Shown: positions 1 to 12,049 of the stretch, in pieces
Position numbering within the stretch: the stretch's first letter is position 1
Layout of the letters: every line of letters starts with the position of its first letter
Position numbers and translations under genes: made by a program
Notes under the pieces: model-generated
What the model was told of the DNA's origin: nothing
The model's database searches: none
What the model saw: only the letters and a program-made list of their open reading frames with translations
DNA from: Geosiphon pyriformis uo1
Lineage: Eukaryota; Fungi; Glomeromycota
DNA length: 64,000 bases
NCBI GenBank assembly: GCA_016748015.1
Contig: JAAOMT010000295.1
Location: forward strand, 806,001-870,000
Direction: 5' to 3'

Positions 1-3000
1 ACCAATTTTCCAAGTATTGTTATTGGAGTGGTTCTGTTCTGTGTTGGAATTAAATGTGCTACACATCATCTGTTTCCATAGATTTAATTTCTTCAGCAGT
101 AGAACTGCTTTAACTACTCTGTTTTTTCACTTGCTTCAGTAATTTCAGAATGAGTTTCAATAATTTTTTAATTTCCTTGATTTCCCTTTCTGGGTTGTAT
201 GCCTTATTTTTCTCTGCCAAGTTAGACTTAATTAGAGTATTCTGGTTTGGTACCCTACTTTTTACCTTTCTTTTTCTCTCTGTATTGTGATTTTGCTGTT
301 GAGCGACCATCATGTCTTTTTCCTTCTCTACTGTTACTTTAAGTTTGGCAGCTACTGTGCTCAGCAGTTTGGCTATTTTATCAACCTGTAGTCTCAACTC
401 ATTAATTTAAGCCTTCTATGGTTGGTTGACTCCTCCTTTTTTTGGTTGGTTTTCTTTATTGTTTACTTGTGGACCAGGTTTTTGGAATTTGTTTGAATTT
501 GAGCCATTCAGATTATAAGGCAGTCTGAGTGCAACCATTTTGGCATATGATTTTCCACCAAAAGCCTTGATATTTTCCTCTGGAACATTCTTCCTAACAT
601 ACAGTTTTGCCAATCTAATATTGTTGGTAACTTTCTTGGTATCCCCTTCTTTTTTCCTTTGTAGAGTTGAACATTTGGAAACCAAATGCCCTATCTGGTA
701 ACAAAAGTGGCACTCTTTGGCATCAGTAGGCACCCAGTGAACCAGTATGTTTCCAATTACCAATGGCTTTTTGGTAGCATTGTTGCAACTAGCTTCACTG
801 TCAAATCCTATGTAAGCACAGCCCATCCTTGTATAGTTCTTACTAGTTCTTGAGATGAAGCAAGATCAGGCTTTAATCTGATCCAGAGTGGTGCTCAAGT
901 AGTGAGCAGTACAGTTTTATAACAAACCTACTAGTTTGGCTTCCCAGGTTTTCCTTTGCTCAATAATCTTCTGGGTCTTAACCATTAAGTAAATTCTGAC
1001 TGTCTTTCCTAACCATGGTTGACCATTGGTTTACAGCTCTGGTTGCTGTATTCAACCACTGCAGATTGCCATTTTCCAGCTACTTTGATTTGAACTTTTT
1101 TAATCTTGTCAAATTTTTTTATAGCAGCTCCCACTTCTCTGTCTGAAATACCTAAAAAGATATCTCTTACCAGGACTTTTCTTTGACCAGCCATCTGATT
1201 GGTAATGCCATCAGTAGCCATTAGAAATGATTCAATCTTTTTATTTGCTAGTATTTCTCTGGCCTGGTCCCTTCCAGCCACTTGGGAGAAATCCACTCAG
1301 ATTTCTTGGTTTCTTGCCATCACAGCTCTCAAGAAATAACTGACATCTCCCAAAAGATTGTAAATCCACCTCACTTTCTTCTCCATAATTTTTTTTGGTA
1401 TATCTATTACTTGCACAAAAAGCACATGTCTTTTGGTTCCATAAACCACAGTTTTCTATCCTTTCTTATGGTTTGGTTCCATAAACATGGGTTTTTTGCC
1501 AAGTGATTTACTACTATATTGTCCTGAACTTGGACTTTCTATTCTGCTAGATAGGCCTGATTCAGAGTCTTCCATGTCTTCTATAGTGTTATCTGAATTA
1601 GCTTTATCTTTGTTTGCATCAAATAGATTGTTCATTTGCTTCTCAATTTCTACCACAGAATTTCTACTGTTAATCCTGTCCAAAATATCAGGGTTGCATT
1701 TTCTTAGAGCTGCTTCTATCTGCGCAGCTCTTTCACTATTTCTATTAGGTACTTTTGAAGGTTTATCCAATTTTTTTAGGGACTTTGAGGCCCCTTTTTC
1801 ACTAGTTCAAGCTTCTATTTGGAATTTGTTGCTATTTTTTCCTTTGTTAAACATTGGTTGCAAAACAAAGTTGTTGGTTTGACCAGTTGTGTTTTTGAAT
1901 AAATTTTTTTTAATAACTTGGTTGAATCTTTTGGTTAGATCTTTTACACTTATTCTTCCAATATGTCTGTATTTTTTATTAGTTTTTTCCTCTAGTCTGT
2001 TGGCCATTATTGGAAAAAAATCTGCTGCTTTCCTTTTTTTTTTTTTTTTTGTTAACATATAGCCATGCCAGTTATTTATTAGTTATGACTACAGTAATGT
2101 GGCAGTTTCATAAAGCCAGCTTACCCAATAATACAAAATAACAAGATGCAGCTAACCACAAGTGGAAAGCCCTAACTACACATTAGTACTACCTTTGCTA
2201 CTTAATGTATCAAACATATTTAATTCATACATCTTACCCATAATGCTAACAAGCTCATGACTATTCTTAACCATACCACTCATCCACTTAGCAGTCTGAT
2301 CAGAACTGGATTTGATTTTGGAAGGCTGTTCTTCCCATAGGTGCATCATGACATCGAAGGTGTTATCATAAACTGAAAAATTTTTATCATTATCATTAAC
2401 ATCATCAAGCATGTTGTCAACATCTGATCCATTCTCCAAACAGATCTGTTCACTTATTGTCTCAAAACATGTCAGTCTTTTCTGCAATGGCAGCCAAGCC
2501 TTTATTTTGCTTAGCCAACCCATCCACACATTCCTTAATTGATATGTCCACAGCAGATGGAATAGACAGCAATTTGGTAACCAATGCAACCAGAGCACCA
2601 ACAGGCTCAACTAAGGATTTAATCAACACAGATAGTTCACTAAGGCTGGACTTAAGAAAAGCCAACCTAGACTCAACAGCAGTATTGAAAACAGAAGGGG
2701 CAGCAGGCAACATGAGCATTGTAATTGGGGGGGAGACCACTGAGATCCAAGTTCACATCAGCAGCAGCAGCAATAGGGAGAACCACAAAAGCAGCAGCCT
2801 TGGCATAAGATTTGAATCCAGCAAATGAGGATTTGAAAACTTTGGGGCTACCAGAGAAGTTGGAAGGGACTTTGGGGGGAAGGGGTGGAGACACCTTGTA
2901 CTCTAAAGCTAAGTGGTCCAAACCTTGACACTTATAGCAATGGTAACATCCAGGTGTTTCTCACCAGATGTGGCAGTCATGTAAGATACCAGTTTTAGAA

Positions 3001-4784
3001 ACAGCAATGTTCAAAGATTCCAAGAAATCAAAAGTAACCACAGCAAATTGTTGACATCAATAGGAATCAGAGAAGCAGAGAATGAAACATGTACAGCCAC
3101 CAACTTGGAAGACCAAATCACTTATTTCAAATGCAGTACAGCCAAAGGGAAGATTGACCAGCTTAGCTTTGAAGGTATCTCTTGAGAAGATAACCTCTTT
3201 TTGGTTGACAATGGGAAAAATTCTAATACTGTCTTTTTTGACCAGAACAGACCAGTGAGAGAGAGCAGTAACAACAGAAAAAGCGTCCTTAAAATGAATC
3301 ACAGCATATTGCTATAAGCCAACAGGCTTTAACTTAACAGAAGTGACAACACCAAAAATGCCAAGAGCAGTTTTGATGTCATCAGAAGAGGTACCCAAAA
3401 GAACATTGTGCAGTGCAACTGACAGAGATAGAGAAAAAACAGAGGCCACACCAGAAGACCATGCAATCTTAAAAGTGGTCAAAAAAATCTTATTACCAAT
3501 GGCCACTTTGGTGGCACCAGTTAGACTCTCCTGAGATGCAAATTCCACACAGAACAACTTAACAGCATCTCATGAAACTGACTTAAGCCCAATACAACCA
3601 GGCAGCAGCTGAAACAAAGAACAAAGAAGGGCCATCTTGATCTTGAATGTGGCACCAGGTACTAGATTGGAGGCCATCCAACCAGAGAACCTCTGACAAC
3701 CATCACATTTTCCTAAGCACCACCATCAGCAGTGCCAGAAACTGGGGGGGACAGTTGATTCTATTTCCATCTGATCAGTTCAATCTTTGAGATCATCTGG
3801 ATTGATGGACTGTTTTGCTACTGGGATTGGTAATGATCTGCCAGAGAGTACCACATCAGGCAACACAGCCAGTAGTTGATCTTGGCCCATCTTGGGAGAT
3901 GTGCCACTGCTGTTGCCATCCATATTAGGAAGAGGGCTGGCTGCTGCTGTGGAGATCTTACCAAAGATCTCATCTGGACCATAGCAGTTGCAACTGCCTG
4001 CTGCTGTTTTTTGGAATTTTTTGCTTTTGTGGCCATTTGTAAAGCAGTAGTAGTAGTAGTAGTAGTAGTAGGAGTAGTGAAAGCAGGAAAGACCAACTTG
4101 TTGACTGGTCTGTTATTAAAAATCTTTGGGCTTTTAGAAGTAGTAGAGACAACACTGGGACTAACTTGGGTGTGTCTTTTGGAAAAAACTTTGACTGGAG
4201 AAAAACCACCAGTCAAAGGAGAAGAAAATGAACCAGAAGCCGCTAAAGGCAACTTATCACTAGTATTTTTCAAAGGAAATGTAGCCAGAACATTTTGTCT
4301 AGCTGCTTTAATAACAGAGAGACCCTCTCATGTTGAAACTTTATTAGTTACTATAGGAAAAGTAACGTTTGCAACTTTTTTACTCTTAGCCCTATTCGTG
4401 GTCATAAAATTTAGGAGAAAAAGAGTTTTTTTTTTTTTTTAGTTCTCAATTCTTTTGTAAAGGAATGTATCTTTTGCTTTTTCCTGCTGCTTTCCTGTGT
4501 AGAGCTGTTCTTTTTAATGTGTTGGCTATTCTAAAAGGTGTGTTGTCTCTACTGCTTGTATCCACACTTCCAAATAGTTTGTTGACAGTTACAAATCTGA
4601 ATGGAGGTGTAGTAGGCCTTGCTGATTTTACTGTTGTTGTATTTGGTCGAGTTGTATTATTTTCTTCTTTATCTGTAGTGGAGGCTATTTTTCCCTCCAC
4701 TTGGTTTTTACTGTCAGTAGTCCCTTCACTTGTACTTCTTTGCATGACTGGTGTTACTTTACTGTTAGTGTTATTGTCAGACAC
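1..4784 (-). pseudogene. LINE ORF1 (RRM + CCHC knuckle + coiled coil), interrupted, with stops
   Basis: ORF pieces 4446-4784, 1807-2058, 1456-1770, 1009-1296, 416-826 and 110-397. Motifs are collinear with ORF1 of LINE-b. Confidence 0.75.
2034..4431 (-). mobile_element. ORF1-only non-LTR element, family A, copy 1 (HAL1-like)
   Basis: One degraded ORF from ATG 4405 to stop 2176 with RRM, knuckle and coiled coil. It is followed by a ~125-nt 3' UTR ending GTTAAC and a 17-nt poly(A). Inserted in an A-run of LINE-a ORF1; no ORF2. Confidence 0.85.
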
Positions 4785-4922
4785 TTTTAAGTCTGTTGTG
4801 AAAGTAATTATATATTATAATTAAAGATTTCTTTGCAAAAACTTAATTTCCAAATTTGAGGCATAGTAAATTGTGTGATAACAGTCAAAAAGAGAAAAAA
4901 AGTTTTTATTGTAATTTTTTTT

Positions 4923-5764
4923 TCTTCTGTCCAGTTTCTTCCAGAGTCTACTCTTTTAATTAACTTTCTGATGGCTTTGGCATATTCAGTTACCACTTCA
5001 CTAGGATCTTGGGTTCTTCTTTTTAATTCCATGTGCCATTTAGAGATTAGGATGGGAGTTTTGAATTTATTTTCAAAGTGAGTAGTAAAAGAGATATTTT
5101 TTTCTCCAACATTTGTTGGTGTCCATCTAATGATTCTTTGGTAAGCACCAGCATCAGTTTTTTGTGAGAACCAAGTAGCAGAAGAGCTTTGAAGGTAACC
5201 ACCAATGATTTGAAACTTGTATTTATTATCATATTGGTTGGCTGTGGCAGCTCTTTCAAAGTCATCTAACTATTCAATTGGATCTTGTGCATCATTTCTA
5301 AATAATGGTAATGGGGTATTGTTTCTTCACCCTAAAGCAGTTTGTATGCCTTGGAGGGTAATCAAAATGTTTTGTTGTATAGGATCATTAGCCATTGGTT
5401 CAAGAATAACTGTTTGTGTGGAATGTTCTGATTTACTTGAGAAGAGATCAAAAACAAAAGCAGTTTGATAACTTTCTTCTTCTGTTTCAAAGAGTGTTTC
5501 AGTTAGCTAATAAGCAGCAATCCAAATATAAATTTGGTGATTTAGGTATTCAGAATCAAGGGGCTGTTGTTTAAAGGTTGTGGAATATAAAAGTTGATTG
5601 ATGCTGTTGTTTTTTTCTTCAAGATCAAAGTAATAAGTTGTATAGGCTGTGTAGGATTCAGCTGAATGCTCATTCAGGAACCAGTTCCAAAAGTCTTGGA
5701 ATTGTCTACTGGATTGTTCTTCAATGGGGAAACAAATCAAGCAGAAGAGCAAAGGATTGAGTTA
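4923..5764 (-). pseudogene. gag: Ty3/gypsy gag fragment (B/E family)
   Basis: Collinear with ~36320-37180 and ~24250-25110 (DFERAATANQY, WTEE). Confidence 0.85.
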
Positions 5765-5772
5765 GGGGAGGT

Positions 5773-8192
5773 AAAAAACTCTTTTTCTCCTAATTTTTAT
5801 GACCATGAATAGAGCTAAGAGTAAAAAAGTTGCAAACATTACTTTTCCTATAGTAACTAATAAAGTTTCAACACAAGAGGGTCTCTCTGTTATTGAAACA
5901 GCTAGACAAAACGTTCTGGCAATATTTCTCTTAAAAAATATTAGTGATAAGCTGCCTTTAGCAGCTTCTGATTTATTTTCTTCTCCTTTGGCTGGAGGTT
6001 CTTCTCCAGTCAAAGTTTTTTCAAAAAGGCACACTCGGGTTAGTCCCAGTGTTGTCTCTACTACTTCTAAAAGCCCAAAGATTTTTAATAACAGACCAGT
6101 CAACAAGTTGGTCTTTCCTGCTTTCACTACTCCTACTACTACTACTACTACTACTACTGCTTTACAAATGGCCACAAAAGCAAAAAATTCCAAAAAACAG
6201 CAGCAGGCAGTTGCAACTGCTATGGTCCAGATGAGATCTTTGGTAAGATCTCCACAGCAGCAGCCAGCCCTCTTCCTAATATGGATGGCAACAGCAGTGG
6301 CACATCTCCCAAGATGGGCCAAGATCAACTACTGGCTGTGTTGCCTGATGTGGTACTCTCTGGCAGATTATCACCAATCTTAGTAGCAAAACAGCCCATC
6401 AATTCAAATGATCTTAAAGATTGGGCTGATCAGATGGAAATGAAATCAACTGTCCCTCCCCCAGTTTCTGGTGCTGCTAATGGTAGTGCTTGGGAAAATG
6501 TGAATGGTCATCAGAGATTCTCTGGTTGGGTGGCCTCCAATCTAGTACTTGGTGCTATATTTAAGATCAAAATGGCCCTGCTTGGTTCCTTGTTTCAGTT
6601 GCTGCCTGGTTGTATTGGGCTTAAGTCAGTTTTATGAGATGCTGTTAAGTTGTTCTGTGTGGAATTTGTATCTCAAAAGAGTCTAAATGGTGCCACCAAA
6701 GTGGCCATTAGTGATGGAAATTTTTTGACCACTCTTAAGATTGCACAGTCTTCTGGAGTGACCTCTGTTTTTTTTCTCTCTCTGTTAGTTGTACTGTGTG
6801 ATATATCTTTGGATATCTTTTCTGATAACATCAAAACTGCTCTTGGCATTTTTGGTGTTGTCACTTCAGTTAAATTAAAGCCTGCTGGCTTATGGCAATA
6901 TACTGTGGTTCATTTTAAGAACATTTTTTCTGCTGCTGCTACTCTCTCTAACTGATTTGTATTGGTCAAAAAAGATAGTGTTAGGATTTTTTCCATTGCC
7001 AACCAAAAGGAGGTTATCTCCTCAAGAGATACATTCAAAGCTAAGTTGGTTAATCTTCTATTTGACTGTACTGCCTTTGAGATAAGTGATTTGGTCTCCC
7101 AAGTTGGTGGCCATATATGTTTTATTTCTTGCTCTCCTGAATCTTATTGACGTCAATGCTTTGCTGTGGTTACTTTTAATTCTTTGGAATCTCTGAATGT
7201 CACTATGTCAAAAACTGGTACTTTGCATAATTGTTGTATCTAGTGGGAAACTCCTGGGTATCACCACTGCTACAGGTGTCAAGACTTGAATCATTTGGCT
7301 GTGGATTGCAAGAAGTTGTTTTTTATCTTATCTAAACTCTCTTTTAACATCTTTGGTGGCCCCAAAAACTTCAAACCTTTATTTGTTAGATCTAAATCTT
7401 ATGCCAAGACTGCTGCTTTTGTGGTTTCTTCTGGTGCTGCTGCTGCTAATATGGATTTGGATCTTGGTGGTCCTCCCAAAACTGTGACATCCATGTTGTC
7501 TGCTGTATTTTCTGTTTCCAATACTGCTGTTGAATCTAGATTGGCTTCTCTTGAATTCCACCTTAGTGAATTATCTGTGTTAATAAAATTTTTAGTTGAA
7601 TCTGTTAGTGCTCTGATTGCATTGGTTACCAAATTGCTGTCTACTCCATTTGCTGTGGATGTGTTAGTTAAGAAATGTGTGAATGAATTGGCTAAGCAAA
7701 ATAAAAACTTGGCTGCTGTTGTCTCCATAATATAGAAAAAATTAACATATCTTGAGACAATATGTGAACAAGTCTGCTTGGAGAATAGATCAGATGTTGA
7801 TGACATGGTTGATAATGTTAATAATAATGATAATGAAGATAAAAACTTTTCAGTTTATGATAACATCTTCAATGTCATGATGTACCTATGGAAAGATCAG
7901 TCTTCTAAGATCAAATCCAGTCCTGATCAAACTGCTAAGTAAATAAGTAGTATGATTAAGAATAGTCATGAGCTTATTAGTATTATGAGTAAGATGTATG
8001 AATTAAATATGTTTGATACATTAGGTAGCAAAGGTAGTACTAGCATGTAGTTAGGGCTTTTCACTTGTGGTTAACTGTATCTTGTGATTTCTGTATTATT
8101 GGGTAAGCTGGCTTTGTAAAACTGCCACATTACTGTGGCTTAACTAATAAATGACCAGTGTGGCTACATGTTAACAAAAAAAAAAAAAAAAA
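5773..8192 (+). mobile_element. ORF1-only non-LTR element, family A, copy 2
   Basis: ORF 5799-8050 (MTMNRAKSKK...SKGSTSM*), the same 3' UTR as copy 1, and a 17-A tail at 8176-8192. Confidence 0.85.
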
Positions 8193-9002
8193 TAGTGCCA
8201 CCAAAGTGGCCATTAGTGATGAAGTTTTTTTGACTACTTTTAAGATTGCAAAGTTCTCTGGTGTAACCTCTGTTTCTTCTTCTTCTTTGTCAGTTGCACT
8301 TTGTAATATACTTTTGGATACCTTTTCTGATGATATTAAATCTGCTCTTGATATGTTTGGTGTTATTACTTCAGTCAAGTTGAAGCCAGCTGGTTTATGA
8401 CAATATGTTGTGGTTCATTTCAAAGACATTTTTTCTGCTGCTGCTGCTGCTCTTACTCACTGGTCTGTGCTGGTAAGAAAATACAGTGTTAGAATTCTCC
8501 CTGTTATCAACCAAAATAATGTTATTTCTTCAAAAAATGCTTTTAAGGCTAAGTTGGTTAATCTTTTTTTTGGCTGTATTGCCTTTGAGATAAGTGATTT
8601 GGTCTCCCAAGTTGGTGACCATACATGTTTTATTTCTTACTTCCCTGAATCATACTAACATCAATGCTTTGCTGTAGTTATCTTTGATTCTTTGGAATCT
8701 CTGAATGTTGCTGTGTCAAAAACTGGTACCTTGTGTGATTGCCATATCTGATGGAAAACTTTTGGATGTTGCTGCTGCTACAGGTGTCAAGACTTAAATT
8801 ATTTGGCTGTGGACTGTAAGAAGTCATTTCTTCTTCCACTCAAACTCTCTTTTAACATTTCTTGTGGCCCCAAAGTTTTCAAACCTTTATTTGCTAGAAC
8901 TGAATTTTATGTCAAAGCTGCTGCCTTAGTGGTTTCTTCTATTGCTAATATGAACTTGGATCTCAGTAGTCTCCCCAAAATTACAATATCTATATTGCCT
9001 AG

Positions 9003-9946
9003 TGTTACTCATAAAATATAGGAAGTATATTAGCATATAAATTAGCCAATTATAGATAGATGTAGTAAATGTGGAATTCCAGAATTCTTCTTAGAGGAAT
9101 CGCAAGATTCCAGGAATTGCAGGATTCTCACACGAGGAATTGCAGGATTCCAGAATTCTAGGATTCCTCTCAAAGAAATTGCAGAATTCTAGGAATTCCA
9201 GGATTCCTGATGTGAAGAATTAAGGAATTAAGAAATCTCAATTATGTATATATAGCAGTAGTATCAGAAGCTAGAAAATTAGTCAAATAGACTCCCAAAG
9301 TCAATTAGGCTCAAAGTTAAGAAGACTGAGAGTCAGTAGGACTCTCAGAGTCAATTAGACTCGCAAATCATAATTAATAAATACCCTTCCTTTAAAAGAT
9401 AGAATACTATAACTTGAAGTGAAATTGCTTTTATATTAATGAAATTATCCATTATCTTTAAATTCATGTTATTATCCACTACTTAACCTGCTGGCACAAT
9501 AGCTCTTGATCACGGTTATTAATAGGACACTTATTTTTTATTTTATTTTCTTATTTCTTTATTTTCTTTTATTTTCTTTATTTTATTTTATTTTTTTTTG
9601 TTGTTCACTAAATTGATTAAAAAGATTAAGCGCTGAGTTATTGACATTACAGATAGCCTGGTAAAAGACCCAGAAATAAAGGTAGAATTATATATTATTG
9701 GTTAGCTTACCAGAAGGGCACGACTGCCAGAATAAATCTGGTCACCAAGCTGAAAAAGAAATTAGGAAAACAACTTGAGAATACAACCACTATTAACTTT
9801 ATTGAATCTCTGTTCATTATACAAAAGACTCAACCAAAACCTTCAGATAACAATACTTTTAGATATTACTAACAACATTATATCAATTGAGCACCAAGTT
9901 ATGGGTTTGTTATTTAATTTGAGACCCCAAATAATCATTTGTAACA
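9003..9946 (+). mobile_element. Solo LTR (944 bp, separate family F)
   Basis: TGTTAC...GTAACA termini with a 4-bp TSD CTAG/CTGG. The host ORF1 resumes after it. TATA-like motif at ~9248 and AATAAA at ~9377. Confidence 0.85.
9072..9235. repeat. Degenerate 8-9 bp tandem array (GGAATT(C/G)CA / GGATTCCA) in the solo LTR
   Basis: Repeated GGAATTCCAG, GGATTCCAG and GGAATTGCAG units are visible. Confidence 0.8.
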
Positions 9947-10582
9947 CTGGTGTTCTTTCTGCTTCCAATTTTGCTGTTGAATTTAGATTGGCTTCTTTAG
10001 AATCTTTGGTTGAACCTGTTGGTGCTTTGGTTGTATTAGTTACCAAATTACTGTCTATTTCACCTGCTGTGGATGTATCAGTTAGAAAAAATATGACTGG
10101 GTTGGCTAAGCAAAATAAAGACTTGGCTGCTGTTGCTTTCATAATGCAGAAAAAAATAACACACCTTGAAAAAAAATGTAAGTGGGCCTGCTTGGAGGAT
10201 GCATCTAATGATGATAACATAGTTAATGATGATGATAATAATGATGAAGATTTTTCAGTCTATAATAACACCTTTGATATTATGATGCATTTTTAAGAAG
10301 ATCAGCCTTCCAGTATTAAATCCAGTTTTGATTAGATTGCTAAGTGGATGAGTAGTATAATTAAGAATAGTCATGAACTTGTTAGCATTATGAATTAGAT
10401 ATGTTTAATACATTAGGTAGCAAAAGTAGTACTAGTGTGTAGTTAGAGCTTTCCACTTGTGATTAGCTGCATTTTGTGATTTTTGTATTATTGGGTGAAC
10501 TGGCTTTATAAAAGTGCCACATTACTATAGACATAACTAATAAATAACCAGCATGGCTACATGTTAACAAAAAAAAATAAAA

Positions 10583-11991
10583 AACAAAGAAAACCTTCCT
10601 TTGAAGAAAGAAAAGTGGACATTGAAAATCTGTTAACTAGAAACAGCCCAGTTATCTCAAAAAAAGATAATACCCTTGGATGAACCCATGTAATACAACA
10701 CACTATTACCACAAAAGAAACTTGTCTCATTCATTTGAAACCTTATCAATTCAATTAACACAATGATGAGTTCATTAAAAAAGAGATAAACCAGATGAAA
10801 GATTTTGGATTTATACAAAAAACCAAGAGTAAATGGACTTTTTCAGTTTTAGTGGTATCCAAAAAAGGTGGAATCCTATGCTTTTGTGTTGACTACTGCC
10901 AATTAAATGCCATCACTATAAGAAACATATATCCACTTCCCAAAATTAATACAATGCTAGATAAATTCAATGATGCTGCTTTCTTCTCAACTATTAACTT
11001 AATTGCTAAATTCTGGCAAGTAAAGATGGATCCAAAAAGCAGAAAAAAAACTGCTTTTATTATCAAGTATGGCACCTATGAATTTACAGTCATGCTTTTT
11101 GGTCTCACCAATACCTCTTTCACTTTTTAACACCTAATAAACAAAGTATTTGAATCAGTAAAAGAAAACTTTGTTCTAGTCTACCTAGATAACATAATAG
11201 TCTACTCAAAAACCTGGAATGAATACCTTAAACATTTGCAGAAGATTTTTGATCTGCTCAAAAATGCTGGCTTTAAGATCAACCCAATCAAATTTTTCTT
11301 TGGACACCAATCTACTCAGTTCCTTGGTCATTTTATTACAAAAGATGGAATCTTCTCTGACCCAGCTAAAGTTGAAAAAGTTCAAAACATTAGACAATCA
11401 ATGAATGTTCCTAAACTATGCTCTTTTTTTGGTTTGGCTTCTTACTATCACAAATTTATCAAGAATTTCTCCAAAAGTGCCTTTTCTCTCAATCAGCTAT
11501 TTAGGAAAAATGTCAATTATCACTGGGGTACTCATCAACAAAAAGCTTTTGAAATTTTGAAGGAAAAACTTGTTACTGAACCAATTCTCAAGCAACCTGA
11601 TCTGAACCAATCTTTTATCCTCCACACTAATACATCTGGCTATGGACTTGGTGCTGTTTTTTCACAAAAAGATAAAAATAACAGAGAATATGCTATAGCA
11701 TATGTCAGTAGATCTCTTACACCAGCAGAAAAGAACTATTCAGTTACTAAACAAGAATGTTTAGCAGTAGTTTGGGCTATTAGTTACTAGAATCAATATC
11801 TTCTTGGTGTGAAATTCTTAACAGTAACAGATCATCAAGCCTTAGTTTGGCTGCACAATAAAAAAAAGCTAGAACACAAATGAATAACTTGCTAAATACT
11901 CCACTTGGATGAATTTGACTATAATATTCAACACCACAAAGGAGCAAATTATTAAAATGCCAATGCTCTCTCTAGACTTACCATTCAGTGA
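10583..11991 (+). pseudogene. pol: pol remnant: reverse transcriptase + RNase H
   Basis: FCVDYCQLN, YPLPKI, YLDN (for YLDD), LHTNTSGYGLGAV. Ends LTIQ*TGA at 11989. Confidence 0.9.
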
Positions 11992-12049
11992 TAATACAAC
12001 CTCTCAAACCAAACCAACTTAATTATTAGTAACTCCTTCACAAACAAAC

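Larger units (their letters stand above)
1..4922 (-). mobile_element. LINE-a, 5' part (5' UTR + ORF1), continuing off the window edge; split by an ORF1-only element at 2034-4431
   Basis: The ORF1 pieces rejoin across the insertion as ...PLQKN(R)ELK|KRKAADFFP. They contain an RRM-like segment (RKVLVRDIFLG...GKWQSAVVEY) and a zinc knuckle (CHFCYQIGHLVSKC). The 5' end abuts a gypsy gag at WTEE. Confidence 0.8.
8193..10582 (+). mobile_element. ORF1-only element, family A, copy 3 (5'-truncated; interrupted by a solo LTR)
   Basis: Starts mid-ORF directly after the copy 2 poly(A). Ends CATGTTAAC + A-tail at 10560-10582. Confidence 0.85.

Noticed and set aside
3876-4442. 188-aa antisense ORF (and its twin at 5762-6328) with poly-Val and Cys runs
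   Set aside because: It is a shadow of the ORF1 strand. The apparent conservation comes from the 330-bp identical tract.
4166-6038. Inversion between the inverted family A copies
   Set aside because: LINE-a ORF1 rejoins correctly across copy 1, which argues against a crossover.
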